DNA of 64,000 nucleotides, from assembly GCA_041674225.1 (NCBI GenBank), contig JBAYWG010000001.1, positions 254,667-318,666 of the forward strand, given 5' to 3'. How positions within the stretch are numbered: position 1 is the stretch's first letter; each line of letters opens with the position of its first letter. Below the pieces are notes generated by a model that searched no databases, was not told the origin of the DNA, and was given only the letters and a program-made list of their open reading frames with translations. A program made the position numbers and the translations under genes. This DNA comes from Minisyncoccota bacterium. Lineage in GTDB: Bacteria; Patescibacteriota; Minisyncoccia; Phycocordibacterales; JAACPR01. Shown here in pieces: positions 28,724 to 38,430 of this stretch.

Positions 28724-31700
28724 CTAAAGGCTATTTATAAAATTCCTAGTAATCGAACCAAAGTACCCCACCGCAGGAACAATCCCTACAGACATCTGGA
28801 AGTTGGATAGTGCAATCTGAGTTAATCTTCCAAAGAATGTAGTTTCTTGGCCGATTGATCCAGGACCTGATGTTGCAACTGTGAATCCTTGTGTATTTAG
28901 GAATTGTTGAAGTAGTTTCACTTCAGGGTCTTCATCGTTTAGTTCTAAGTCTTTAGTGAAAGTTGGAGTTTCTTCTGTGGTACTTGTATCACTAGAGAAC
29001 CAAGAATTAAATTCTTCTTTCATCTTTGAAATTAGATCTTGTATTTTTGAAGTGTTCTCTGGTTCAGATTGTATTGTTGATTTAAGTTCTGTTAGTAGTG
29101 AGTCTATTATGGTTGAAACAACTGAAGGTGTATCATCAGATGGAGTGTTGTTTGAAGATGAAGAAGAACCTCCTGATCTACTTCTAGATGATGGTGCTCT
29201 GTTTGTTGGTGTTTCTTCAACAGCTTCTTCTTCTTCGACAGTTTCTTCTGCGGCAGCAACCGTAGTGAAGTTCCATGTTGTTGAATCAGAGATTCCTTCA
29301 AAATAGTTTTCATAGTTATCAGAAACAGCAGTGTTTGGAATAATTATATAGTATGAAGTTCCATTAGATAAATCAGACTCTGGATTGATAGTGATTCTAT
29401 CTAGACCAGTTTGTGATATTTCATCTCCTTCAACATCAATTGTTAGAACTGTTGAGTCATCAGATGTTTTTTTGATAAGGATGTTTCCAGTTCCTACAGA
29501 TATAACTGAATTGAAAATCATGACTAGGTTAGAGTCTATTGCTACGTCTGTTGCGTTGTCTAAAGGTGAGAGGGTTTGAATTGGTGGAGGTGTTGTGTCT
29601 ATAAACAAATCTTTATTTGCAGCAAGGTTTGTAGCAGGTGTGAAGTTCACCATTGCATTACCTTCTTGATCAGCAATCGTTCCTGAGATTGAAGATACTG
29701 TCAAATCATCTGATTCATCACCTGCTTGTACAGTATAGTTACATGTTCCAGTGTCTGCGTTTGATACAGTGAATGTACATGTTCTATCTGTTGTTCCAGT
29801 TTCTAGAGTTACAGTTACGTTTCCAGTTGATGTGACAGCTTCAGAGAATGTTACGTCGATGTCGATCACTTCGCCCACTCCGTATGTACCGTCGGCTTTA
29901 GAAGAAGAAACTGAGGTAATTGTTGGTGCTGTGACGTCGTAGCCGAGGGTGGTGGTGTAGATGTATCCATTATAAGCAGGAGCAGCTAATTTGGATCCAT
30001 CATCAGATGAGGCAATATCGTACCAGTTTCTTAAACCTGCATCTGTTTGAGATATCCAAGTTTGACCCGAATCAGCAGAAACGTATAAATATCCATCATA
30101 TACACCGGCCGCAAGTTTAGTACCGTCTGATGATGATGTAATGCCGTACCAACCTCTTGAACCAGATGAGTTTGAGTTTGTAGTCCAAGTCACACCTGAG
30201 TCTGATGAAGTGTAGATGTATCCGTTGGTAACAGTAGCCGCGAGTTTTGTACCGTCTGATGATGATGTGATCCTCCTCCAATTTCTTGAACCAGATGAAT
30301 TTGAGTTTGTAGTCCATGTAGCACCTGAGTCTGATGAAGTGTAGATGTATCCAGGAGTCGAATCAACAGCAGCTAGTTTAGTTCCGTCTGATGATGATGT
30401 GATACCTTGCCAACCTCTTGAACCAGATGAATTTGAGTTTGTAGTCCATGTAGCACCTGAGTCTGATGAAGTGTAGATGTATCCGTTATATGCAGCAGCA
30501 GCGAGTTTTGTACCATCCTCAGATGAAGTGATACTTTGCCAATTTCTTGAACCAGACGAGTTTGATTGTGTACCCCACGTCGCTCCAGAGTCGGTTGAGG
30601 TGTATATGTATCCACTAGCAACAACTGCGGCAAGTTTAGTACCGTCTGATGAAGAAGTTATGCCAGACCAACCTCTTGAACCCGCATCGGTTCGCTCAGT
30701 CCATGTCGCTCCAGAGTCGGTTGAGGTGTATATGTATCCACCACTAACAGTTGCTGCGAGCTTAGTACCATCAGCAGATGAAGCCATTCTGGTCCACGCC
30801 TTATTACCAGAACTTACATGCTGTGTCCAAGTATTTTCACCCACAACAATATCCTTATTAGAAGAAAGATTTGTAAAACCTACAAAAACACTCATTTCGT
30901 TAAAGAAATTATCTGTAATTGTTCCTGATATTGAAGATACTGCTAAATCAGCAGAAACATCACCTTCTTGCACAGTATAATTACATGTTCCAGTTAATGA
31001 ATTTGCCACTGTAAATGTACATGTTCTGTCTGTTGTTCCAGTCTCTAGTGTGACAGTGACGTTTCCTGTTGAAGTTACAGCTTCAGAGAATGTGACATCA
31101 ATATCGATTACTTCTCCCACAGTATAAGTTCCATCAGCTTTATCTGAAGAGATTGAGGCGACTATTGGTTCTACAACATCTTCAAAAACAGAAACTGCTC
31201 CATAAGACATCGCTCCCACTATTTTTGTTCCAGCACCATCTATTGCTATATATGATAGTTGTTCCACATCTTGCATAACACTCCAAATTGAACCTCCATC
31301 TATAGATATATAAGGACTACTAGCATTACCTGCAGCAGCGACTATTCGACCTCCATCAGAAGACATATCAACATCAGTCCAATTTCTTGAACCTGCACCA
31401 GTTTGCTCAGTCCACGTCACTCCAGAGTTGGTTGAAGTGTAGATGTATCCATTACTTACAATAGCAGCAAGTTTTGTTCCATCATCAGATGATGTGATGC
31501 CAGACCAATTTCTTGAACCAGATGAATTTGAGTTTGTAGTCCACGTCTGTCCAGAGTCGGTTGAGGTGTATATGTATCCTCCATAAACAACAGCAGCGAG
31601 CTTAGTACCGTCTGATGATGATGTGATACCTTGCCAATTTCTTAATCCTGAAGAGTCTCCATTTGTATTCCACGACGCTCCTGAGTCTGATGAAGTGTAG

Positions 31701-32170
31701 ATGTATCCACTACCAGAGACTCCAGCGGCGAGCTTGGAACCATCTGCAGATGATGTGATGCTTGACCAATCTCTTGATCCCGAAGAGTCACCATTTGTTC
31801 TCCATGTTGAACCGGAGTCGTCTGATACATGAATCGGTCCACCCTCTATAACACCTGCCATTATATTACCGTCGTCTGAAACAACTACATCAGCCCATAT
31901 TTGTGAACCGGTTGAGATTTGAGTATGGAAAAAGCTATTATCTGTATCTGTATACCAAATTAAACCACTGACCCCATCATTTGAGTTACCAGAAGCAATA
32001 TAAATACGAGGCTCGTTATCTGCTACATCAACCGCAGACCAATATCCTGGATTTGACATATCTGTAACAGTCCAACTAGCTATCACCTTCTCAAATCCAA
32101 CCTTCAAACTAAAAGCCACTATTAAAAGAAAAAATATTGCTTCGATGATTCGTACTTTTTTATTTTGCAT
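28724..32170 (-). CDS. giant cell-surface protein: about 14 BNR/Asp-box repeat modules, two duplicated Ig-like domains, C-terminal PG_binding_1-like domain
   Basis: Signal/TM N-terminus; about 42-aa modules (SSGSRxWxxITSSxDGTKLAA...GYIYTSxDSGATWTTNSN, SxDxGxTW); the module ADGTYxVGEVIDIDVTFSEAVTSTGNVTVTLETGTTDRTCTFTV occurs twice; C-terminus LLQQFLNTQGF...FFGRLTQIALSNFQ...GYFGSITR. Confidence 0.7.
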   Translation of the reverse strand: MQNKKVRIIEAIFFLLIVAFSLKVGFEKVIASWTVTDMSNPGYWSAVDVADNEPRIYIASGNSNDGVSGLIWYTDTDNSFFHTQISTGSQIWADVVVSDDGNIMAGVIEGGPIHVSDDSGSTWRTNGDSSGSRDWSSITSSADGSKLAAGVSGSGYIYTSSDSGASWNTNGDSSGLRNWQGITSSSDGTKLAAVVYGGYIYTSTDSGQTWTTNSNSSGSRNWSGITSSDDGTKLAAIVSNGYIYTSTNSGVTWTEQTGAGSRNWTDVDMSSDGGRIVAAAGNASSPYISIDGGSIWSVMQDVEQLSYIAIDGAGTKIVGAMSYGAVSVFEDVVEPIVASISSDKADGTYTVGEVIDIDVTFSEAVTSTGNVTVTLETGTTDRTCTFTVANSLTGTCNYTVQEGDVSADLAVSSISGTITDNFFNEMSVFVGFTNLSSNKDIVVGENTWTQHVSSGNKAWTRMASSADGTKLAATVSGGYIYTSTDSGATWTERTDAGSRGWSGITSSSDGTKLAAVVASGYIYTSTDSGATWGTQSNSSGSRNWQSITSSEDGTKLAAAAYNGYIYTSSDSGATWTTNSNSSGSRGWQGITSSSDGTKLAAVDSTPGYIYTSSDSGATWTTNSNSSGSRNWRRITSSSDGTKLAATVTNGYIYTSSDSGVTWTTNSNSSGSRGWYGITSSSDGTKLAAGVYDGYLYVSADSGQTWISQTDAGLRNWYDIASSDDGSKLAAPAYNGYIYTTTLGYDVTAPTITSVSSSKADGTYGVGEVIDIDVTFSEAVTSTGNVTVTLETGTTDRTCTFTVSNADTGTCNYTVQAGDESDDLTVSSISGTIADQEGNAMVNFTPATNLAANKDLFIDTTPPPIQTLSPLDNATDVAIDSNLVMIFNSVISVGTGNILIKKTSDDSTVLTIDVEGDEISQTGLDRITINPESDLSNGTSYYIIIPNTAVSDNYENYFEGISDSTTWNFTTVAAAEETVEEEEAVEETPTNRAPSSRSRSGGSSSSSNNTPSDDTPSVVSTIIDSLLTELKSTIQSEPENTSKIQDLISKMKEEFNSWFSSDTSTTEETPTFTKDLELNDEDPEVKLLQQFLNTQGFTVATSGPGSIGQETTFFGRLTQIALSNFQMSVGIVPAVGYFGSITRNFINSL

Positions 32171-32194
32171 TATTTATAATTGTAATTGATTTTA

Positions 32195-33052
32195 TTACAA
32201 TAGTCTAAAAAGTTTTCCAGCATTTTTTACCAACTGGTCTTTTACCATACCTACATCCAACCCTTTAATTTCTGCAATTTTCCTTACCACCTCACAAACA
32301 TAAGCAGGCTCGTTTCTTTTTCCTCTATGAGGAGCAGGTGTGACATACGGACAATCTGTTTCTGAGAAAATACGGTCTAAAGGCGCCATTTTAACCAATT
32401 CTTCGTATTGCGATGCAAATGTAATGACACCTGTAAAAGAAAAATTAAAACCCAAATCTAAAATTTGTTGTGCATCTTCAAGGCTTCCAGCAAAGAAATG
32501 AAAATTACCTCGGAGTTTCTCTCCATGAATTTGTTTTTTGTCAGTTAAAATTTTTAAAACTTCTGGATACGCATCTCGGCAATGAATCATAAGAGGTTTG
32601 TCGTATTTCACAGCTAAATCAATTTGAGATTCAAAAGCTTTTGTTTGTTTTTCAATATAATTTTCTTTATCTCCTTCAATTCTAAAAAAATCTAAACCGC
32701 ATTCCCCCACTCCAACAACTTTTGGATGTGAAATTAATTTTTCAAATTCTTCTATGTTGAATTCTTCACCTTTTGAATTAAAAGGTTCACTCTCCTCTCC
32801 GATCTCTTCTTTGTCGTGAAATGAAACATTAGTGTGAATCGGATGAAGCCCAACTATTGCATAAACTCCTTCTGAATGTTTCTCTACCAACTCCACAGCA
32901 TCCCTCGAAGTCTTTAAATTCGTCCCTACATTTATCATCCATGTTTTGTTTTCTAAAGATCTTTTTATCACTTCGTCCCGATCTTCTGCGTAGGCATTAA
33001 ATTGCACATGAGCATGCACATCTACAAATTCTGGAAGATTATTTTTTTCCAT
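32195..33052 (-). CDS. tatD: TatD-family metal-dependent hydrolase (DNase)
   Basis: VDVHAHVQF...GLHPIH...GECGLDFF...LMIHCRDA motifs. Confidence 0.8.
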   Translation of the reverse strand: MEKNNLPEFVDVHAHVQFNAYAEDRDEVIKRSLENKTWMINVGTNLKTSRDAVELVEKHSEGVYAIVGLHPIHTNVSFHDKEEIGEESEPFNSKGEEFNIEEFEKLISHPKVVGVGECGLDFFRIEGDKENYIEKQTKAFESQIDLAVKYDKPLMIHCRDAYPEVLKILTDKKQIHGEKLRGNFHFFAGSLEDAQQILDLGFNFSFTGVITFASQYEELVKMAPLDRIFSETDCPYVTPAPHRGKRNEPAYVCEVVRKIAEIKGLDVGMVKDQLVKNAGKLFRLL

Positions 33053-33884
33053 TTTTAATTCTATTTAAAAGTTTTTCGTACACTTCAACAACTTTTTCAT
33101 CACCATTGTCTCGAATAAAGTAAGAGAATCCTGGTCGGACATTCAACTCCAAAACAACCCAACCACCATCAGCATCTCTGGCTATATCTAACCCTATCCA
33201 CGGAAAACTCTTCAGTATAGGACTTTTATCAACGATATCTGCAATATCTTTTTTAATAACTTCGTCAAGGATTATCACAGCTTTACCATCATCATTGTGA
33301 AGTGGGCTCAAATTTATATTTTTAATCTCTGAAACTTTTTCGTATAAAAGAATTATTTCACCATCTAACAAAATTACTCTGTACTCATTTTTAATATCAA
33401 TAAATTTTTGAGCTAGAACTGTTGAATCGTAATTTCTTTTCTTTTGGTTAAAAATAACTTTTACAGCTTTAGCCACTTTTCGTTTTGAATCGCATTTAAA
33501 AACATTTTTACCTTGAAGACCAGCACTCATTTTAACCATCACAGGGAAATCAAAATTTTTAACAATATCTTCTACAATTGCTTTCTGAGACTTAAATTGA
33601 GCATTGATACGAGTATGTTCTTCTTCAGAATTTGGATCATTGTAAGATCTTGTTTTAGGCATTGGAAGCTCATCCTTAAGCAACCGATATGTGTACGACT
33701 TAAAACTACAGATAAAAGAAACGGATTCATCGTTTATAGGAACACGAGCAATTGAAAAATAATACATCTGATCGTTAATCTTAATTTGCAACAGGTTTCC
33801 AATTTCATCCACCTTAGAAACTTCAATACCTAAATTTTCACAGGCCTTCACCAGAGCTTTCATGTTTGGTTTTGCGTTTTGCAT
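33039..33884 (-). CDS. ATP-grasp domain protein of unknown substrate
   Basis: FPVMVKMSAGLQGKNVF...EYRVILLDGEIILLYEK...GLDIARDADGGWVVLELNVRPGF. Confidence 0.55.
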   Translation of the reverse strand: MQNAKPNMKALVKACENLGIEVSKVDEIGNLLQIKINDQMYYFSIARVPINDESVSFICSFKSYTYRLLKDELPMPKTRSYNDPNSEEEHTRINAQFKSQKAIVEDIVKNFDFPVMVKMSAGLQGKNVFKCDSKRKVAKAVKVIFNQKKRNYDSTVLAQKFIDIKNEYRVILLDGEIILLYEKVSEIKNINLSPLHNDDGKAVIILDEVIKKDIADIVDKSPILKSFPWIGLDIARDADGGWVVLELNVRPGFSYFIRDNGDEKVVEVYEKLLNRIKNGKK

Positions 33885-33893
33885 AAAATAAAA

Positions 33894-35342
33894 TTAATCT
33901 TTTCTAAGAAATAATGCGCTCTCTGGTTTCTTGTTTTCTGAGATGGCAGAAATTATAGCATCTGAAGTAGCTGGTAATAAAGGTCTCAAAAGTTTTCCAA
34001 TATTAAATAATCTTTCCACTAATTCATGAATAATTTTCTTTGCCTCTTCTGGATTTTCTTTAATCACTTTGAAAGGTTGTTTATCTTGAATGATTTGATC
34101 CAGTTCAGAAATTTCTTTCCAAATAAAATCCATCACAGCTTGATAATTGAAACTCTCAAACGCGTTTAGATATTCTTGAGGTAAGTTTTCAAAAGAATTA
34201 TCAAAATTAAAGTTCCCTTCTAAATGATCTTCCGACATTTTCAAAATTCTATTCAACAAGTTTCCAAGGCCATTTGCCAAGTTGGCATTGTATGAATTTT
34301 TGATTTTTTCTAGTGTCACATCACTGTCTTCAAAAGGGCTTGTTTCCCTCAAAAGATAATAACGCAGCATATCTATACCATATTCATTCACAATATCAAT
34401 AGGTTCAATAATATTTCCAAGAGACTTAGACATCTTCTGTCCGTCTGAATTTATAAAACCATTTACAATGATGTGATTCGTCAGAGGAAGCCCTGCTGCC
34501 AAAAGCATCGCTTGCCACCGAAGTGCCTGGTGCTGAGTGTTGTCTTTTCCGCAAACTTGCACACGCACTGCATCCTCCCAATATTTTTTAAATTTAGATT
34601 CATCGTCTGGCCAACCCACAGCAGAAATATAATTAACCAGTGCATCAAACCACACATACATAACTTGTGTTTCATCATTTGGAATAGCCACACCCCAAGG
34701 CATTTTTTCTTTAATACGAGAAATACTAAAATCTTCTAGACCATTTTCGATCATTTGTTTCATTTCATTAAAACGAAAATTTGGAATCACGAAGTCTGGA
34801 TTTTTGTTATAGAAATCCATCAGCTGATCTCCGAATTTTGAGAAGGCGAAGAAATAATTTTCTTCAGTCAAAATAACTGGATCTTGAGTTGGATGATTTG
34901 GACATTTTCCATCAACTAAATCTTTTTCTTTTACAAACATCTCATCCCCTACACAATACAACCCTGAGTATTCTTTTTTATAAATAAATCCTGCGTCTAA
35001 ACATTTTTGCCAAAAACTTTGCGCGGCAGAAATATGATGAGCATCTGTTGTACGAATAAAATTATCATATGAAATATTTAAAACTTTTTTCAAATCTTTA
35101 AAAGATTCACACATTTCATCTACGTATTCTTGCGCAGTCTTTCCGTTTTCTTGTGCTTTCTCAAAAATCTTTACACCGTGCTCATCTGTTCCTGTATTGA
35201 AAAAAACATCAAAACCCATCTCCCTTTTAAAACGAGCAATCGTATCCGCACGAACAATTTCCATAGCAAAACCGATATGTGGTTTTGAATTCACATAAGG
35301 TAAAGTCGTAGTTATATAAAAAGATTTTCCTTTTTCTGACAT
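33894..35342 (-). CDS. metG: methionyl-tRNA synthetase
   Basis: TTTLPYVNSKPHIGFAMEIVRADTIAR (HIGH-like) and KMSKSLGN. Confidence 0.9.
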   Translation of the reverse strand: MSEKGKSFYITTTLPYVNSKPHIGFAMEIVRADTIARFKREMGFDVFFNTGTDEHGVKIFEKAQENGKTAQEYVDEMCESFKDLKKVLNISYDNFIRTTDAHHISAAQSFWQKCLDAGFIYKKEYSGLYCVGDEMFVKEKDLVDGKCPNHPTQDPVILTEENYFFAFSKFGDQLMDFYNKNPDFVIPNFRFNEMKQMIENGLEDFSISRIKEKMPWGVAIPNDETQVMYVWFDALVNYISAVGWPDDESKFKKYWEDAVRVQVCGKDNTQHQALRWQAMLLAAGLPLTNHIIVNGFINSDGQKMSKSLGNIIEPIDIVNEYGIDMLRYYLLRETSPFEDSDVTLEKIKNSYNANLANGLGNLLNRILKMSEDHLEGNFNFDNSFENLPQEYLNAFESFNYQAVMDFIWKEISELDQIIQDKQPFKVIKENPEEAKKIIHELVERLFNIGKLLRPLLPATSDAIISAISENKKPESALFLRKD

Positions 35343-35345
35343 AAA

Positions 35346-36416
35346 TTAGTCTTTAGAGTTGGCAGCGATTTTTGCTTTTTCCATATCACTCAAAAGTTCC
35401 ATCATAATTGCAGCAATCGGAACTGAAATCAAGATACCCAAGAATCCAGCAACCTTTGCTCCGATGATAATAGCAAAGATAGAAACCAAAACAGGAATAC
35501 CAACAATTTTTTTCACAACAAGAGGTTGGATCAATTGGCTTTCAAATTGTTGGATCACGATATAAATACAAAGAGTAATTGCTCCAAGTGTTACACCACC
35601 ACTCAAAAGTGCTAGAGCAATCGCAGGAATCGCCGCTAAAATCGGACCGAAAAGTGGAATCAATTCTAGAACCATCGCAATAAAAGCTAGAAGTGCGGCA
35701 TTTGGCACACCAACAATTGAAAGCAGAGTGAATGTAAGCACGCCAACAATCACAGCAAGCAGAAGTTGTCCTTGCATCCACAGACCAATTTTTCTTTGAC
35801 TTCTCTTCCACAGATCCAAAACATATTTTTCATGTTTTAAAGGAGTGACGATTCTCAAAAAATCTCTCACACCGTCTTCTTGTACTGCTAAATAAAAAGA
35901 AATAACAATGATAAGTAAGAAAGATAACGCACCTCCGAAGATTGCAGAAGCGGTTGTCAAAAATCCAAAAGTAGCACCAGAGAAAGTAGTTGTAACTTTA
36001 TTTAGAAATTCCTCTGTGATTTGCATTTCACTTACATAAGCAAAGAAAATATCTAATCCGGGGATGTTTGTTATTTTTTCACTACCCAGCTCGTCAATAT
36101 AAACTGGCAGTTGACTGAAAGTGGTTTTGATATCTGAAATAAAAGGAGGAAGAAATACCGAGAAAATACCTATGAAGAAAAGAATCGTTCCAGCATAAAT
36201 ACCTAGCACAGCCACCAAACGAGGTGCTTTTATTTTTTTAGTAATAAAATCTGAAATAGGTGTCACCGCTGAAGCAATGATAATTGAAGTAAGCAAAACC
36301 AAAATCAAATCTCGTATAACCCATAAAAACCAAAACAAAACAAAAACGACACCGGCTTTTATAATTGCACCAGTTGTGATGTTTATCGATATTTGGCGAT
36401 CAGTAGAGTCTCTCAT
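35346..36416 (-). CDS. AI-2E family transporter (PerM/UPF0118)
   Basis: Eight-TM topology and family-typical C-terminal region. Confidence 0.7.
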   Translation of the reverse strand: MRDSTDRQISINITTGAIIKAGVVFVLFWFLWVIRDLILVLLTSIIIASAVTPISDFITKKIKAPRLVAVLGIYAGTILFFIGIFSVFLPPFISDIKTTFSQLPVYIDELGSEKITNIPGLDIFFAYVSEMQITEEFLNKVTTTFSGATFGFLTTASAIFGGALSFLLIIVISFYLAVQEDGVRDFLRIVTPLKHEKYVLDLWKRSQRKIGLWMQGQLLLAVIVGVLTFTLLSIVGVPNAALLAFIAMVLELIPLFGPILAAIPAIALALLSGGVTLGAITLCIYIVIQQFESQLIQPLVVKKIVGIPVLVSIFAIIIGAKVAGFLGILISVPIAAIMMELLSDMEKAKIAANSKD

Positions 36417-36495
36417 TAATTAATATATTATCACTTCTTTTATTAAGAATAAAGTAAAGAAAAAAGCACCCCTGAGTTTAGGAGTGTTTTATAGA

Positions 36496-36948
36496 TTACA
36501 GGTCTTTATAATCTGCGAGTAACTTTGCAACACCTCGCACGACTGTGTATTCGGCAAGAAATATTGAGACGGTACAAATAAGCGAACCAATTATAATGTC
36601 TTGCTTACAAGAAAATCCTTCAGTTTTAGGTTTTTCAGCAAACAATTCATAGACGAGAAGCAGACCAAAGACTAGTAACCATATTAGAAAAATGACTAAA
36701 AAAATCAGTACGAAGTTTCTAATTAGGAAGTGATCATCGGGTTGAAGACTTGAAATGAGAAGAGAACAAATCATCCAACCACAAACTACTGTAACGAAGT
36801 TTTCTAGTAGTAAAAAACTGAAACAATATTTACGAAAAAAGGTCTCTGTAGGAGTTCCAAAAAAATAACCCTCATTGATTATTTTTAGTATTTTAGCCAC
36901 AGCCAAAAGCACCAACAATCCAAATAAACCAACGGCACCATTGTTCAT
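36496..36948 (-). CDS. hypothetical integral membrane protein
   Basis: 150 aa with 4-5 predicted TM helices. Confidence 0.45.
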   Translation of the reverse strand: MNNGAVGLFGLLVLLAVAKILKIINEGYFFGTPTETFFRKYCFSFLLLENFVTVVCGWMICSLLISSLQPDDHFLIRNFVLIFLVIFLIWLLVFGLLLVYELFAEKPKTEGFSCKQDIIIGSLICTVSIFLAEYTVVRGVAKLLADYKDL

Positions 36949-37020
36949 AATTTATTAAGTTCAAATTTATGTGAATATACAATGTTTCAACAAAAACTCA
37001 ACCAAAGAACCAGTCTTTTT

Positions 37021-38406
37021 TTAATTTAACTTAGATTTTAAATACTCCACCAAATCATCCTCAGAAATTCTTTCTTGTTCTCCTGAGTCTCTATCTCGCA
37101 CAGTCACACCAGTATTTTGTTCAAGAGTTTCGAAATCTACAGTGATGCAGAAAGGTGTTCCGATTTCATCTTGTCTTCGGTATCGCTTTCCTACTGTTCC
37201 ACTATCATCAAAAATTGTTTGTGGGATTTCTTTTTTAATTTTTTGGAAAATTTCTCGAGCCCTGTCTTGAAGTTCTGGACGATTTTTCAAAAGTGGAAAG
37301 ACTGCAACTTTTACCGGCGCAAGTTTTGGAGCAAGTTTTAGAACAACACGAGTTTCGCCATCCATTTCATCTTCATAATATGCATCAGAAAGTACAGCCA
37401 AAAATAAACGACCTAATCCTACTGATGTTTCTAAAATCCACGGAATATATTTCTCACCTCTCTCCTGATCAAAATAATTTAGATCTTCACCAGAAAATTT
37501 CATGTGCTGAGTCAAATCATAATCAGTACGATCATGGACGCCTTCTAACTCATCAAAACCAAGTGAAGGAAAATTGTATTCGATGTCCCACGCATCTTTT
37601 GCATAGAAAACTAAATTGTCGTGCTGTTTCCATCGCAAATTTTCTTCTTTAATACCAATTGATTTATACCAGTCCCAACGATCTTGTTTTATTTTTTCGT
37701 AAGCTTCTTTATTTTCATTTGGTCGAACAAAATATTGAGTGTCGGCTTGTTCAAGTTCTCGAGTTCGAAAAAGAAAGTTTCTTGGTGAAATTTCATTTCT
37801 AAAAGCTTTACCTATTTGAGACATACCAAAAGGAACTTTCGGTTGCAAAGTATCAACAACGTTTTTAAAATTTAAATAAATACCTTGGCAAGCTTCACCT
37901 GGTAAATAAACTGGCTCATTCCCTTCTGAAGTAAAATCACCTAAATTTGATTTAACTAACAAGTTAAATGCTTTTGCTGGAGTGAAATTTTTCTTTCCAC
38001 ATTTTGGGCAAGAAATTTTTTCTCTATTTTCATCAAACAATTTATTAATTTGTTCTTCAGACATTTTTTCATCTGCAACAACATCTATTTTTGCCAATTC
38101 TTTATCAACTCGAATACGAGTATTACAATCTCGACATTCAGCAAGAGGATCAGAGAAACCTTGAGTGTGTCCACTCGCCTCCCATACACGAGGATGTTTA
38201 AACATTCCAGAATCTATTCCAAAATAATTTTCTTTATCATAAACGTTGGCTTTCCACCAAGCTTGCTTAATATTATTCAAAAGCTCAACACCTCGCGGCC
38301 CAAAATCATAGACACCAGCCAAACCCCCATAAATCTCAGAACCTTGAAATACAAAACCACGGCGTTTTGCCAGTGAAACTATCTTCTCCATCTTGTCATT
38401 TATCAT
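37021..38406 (-). CDS. glyQS: glycyl-tRNA synthetase (dimeric class II type)
   Basis: RRGFVFQGSEIYGGLAGVYDFGPRGVEL...FKHPRVWEASGHTQGFSDPL. Confidence 0.9.
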   Translation of the reverse strand: MINDKMEKIVSLAKRRGFVFQGSEIYGGLAGVYDFGPRGVELLNNIKQAWWKANVYDKENYFGIDSGMFKHPRVWEASGHTQGFSDPLAECRDCNTRIRVDKELAKIDVVADEKMSEEQINKLFDENREKISCPKCGKKNFTPAKAFNLLVKSNLGDFTSEGNEPVYLPGEACQGIYLNFKNVVDTLQPKVPFGMSQIGKAFRNEISPRNFLFRTRELEQADTQYFVRPNENKEAYEKIKQDRWDWYKSIGIKEENLRWKQHDNLVFYAKDAWDIEYNFPSLGFDELEGVHDRTDYDLTQHMKFSGEDLNYFDQERGEKYIPWILETSVGLGRLFLAVLSDAYYEDEMDGETRVVLKLAPKLAPVKVAVFPLLKNRPELQDRAREIFQKIKKEIPQTIFDDSGTVGKRYRRQDEIGTPFCITVDFETLEQNTGVTVRDRDSGEQERISEDDLVEYLKSKLN

Positions 38407-38430
38407 AATCGAAATATTACACTACTTTTA

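Noticed and set aside
29718-31190. Possible DGR template/variable repeat pair in the BNR gene
   Set aside because: The two ~240-bp repeats differ at mixed positions (not adenine-specific) and no reverse transcriptase gene is present in the window; interpreted as an ordinary domain duplication.
28956-31842. Several plus- and minus-strand ORFs inside the BNR surface gene (28956-29306, 29107-29313, 29385-29579, 29751-29942, 30117-30317, 30373-30633, 30477-30980, 31642-31842)
   Set aside because: Antisense or out-of-frame ORFs created by the repetitive, compositionally biased sequence of a clearly coding 1148-aa gene.
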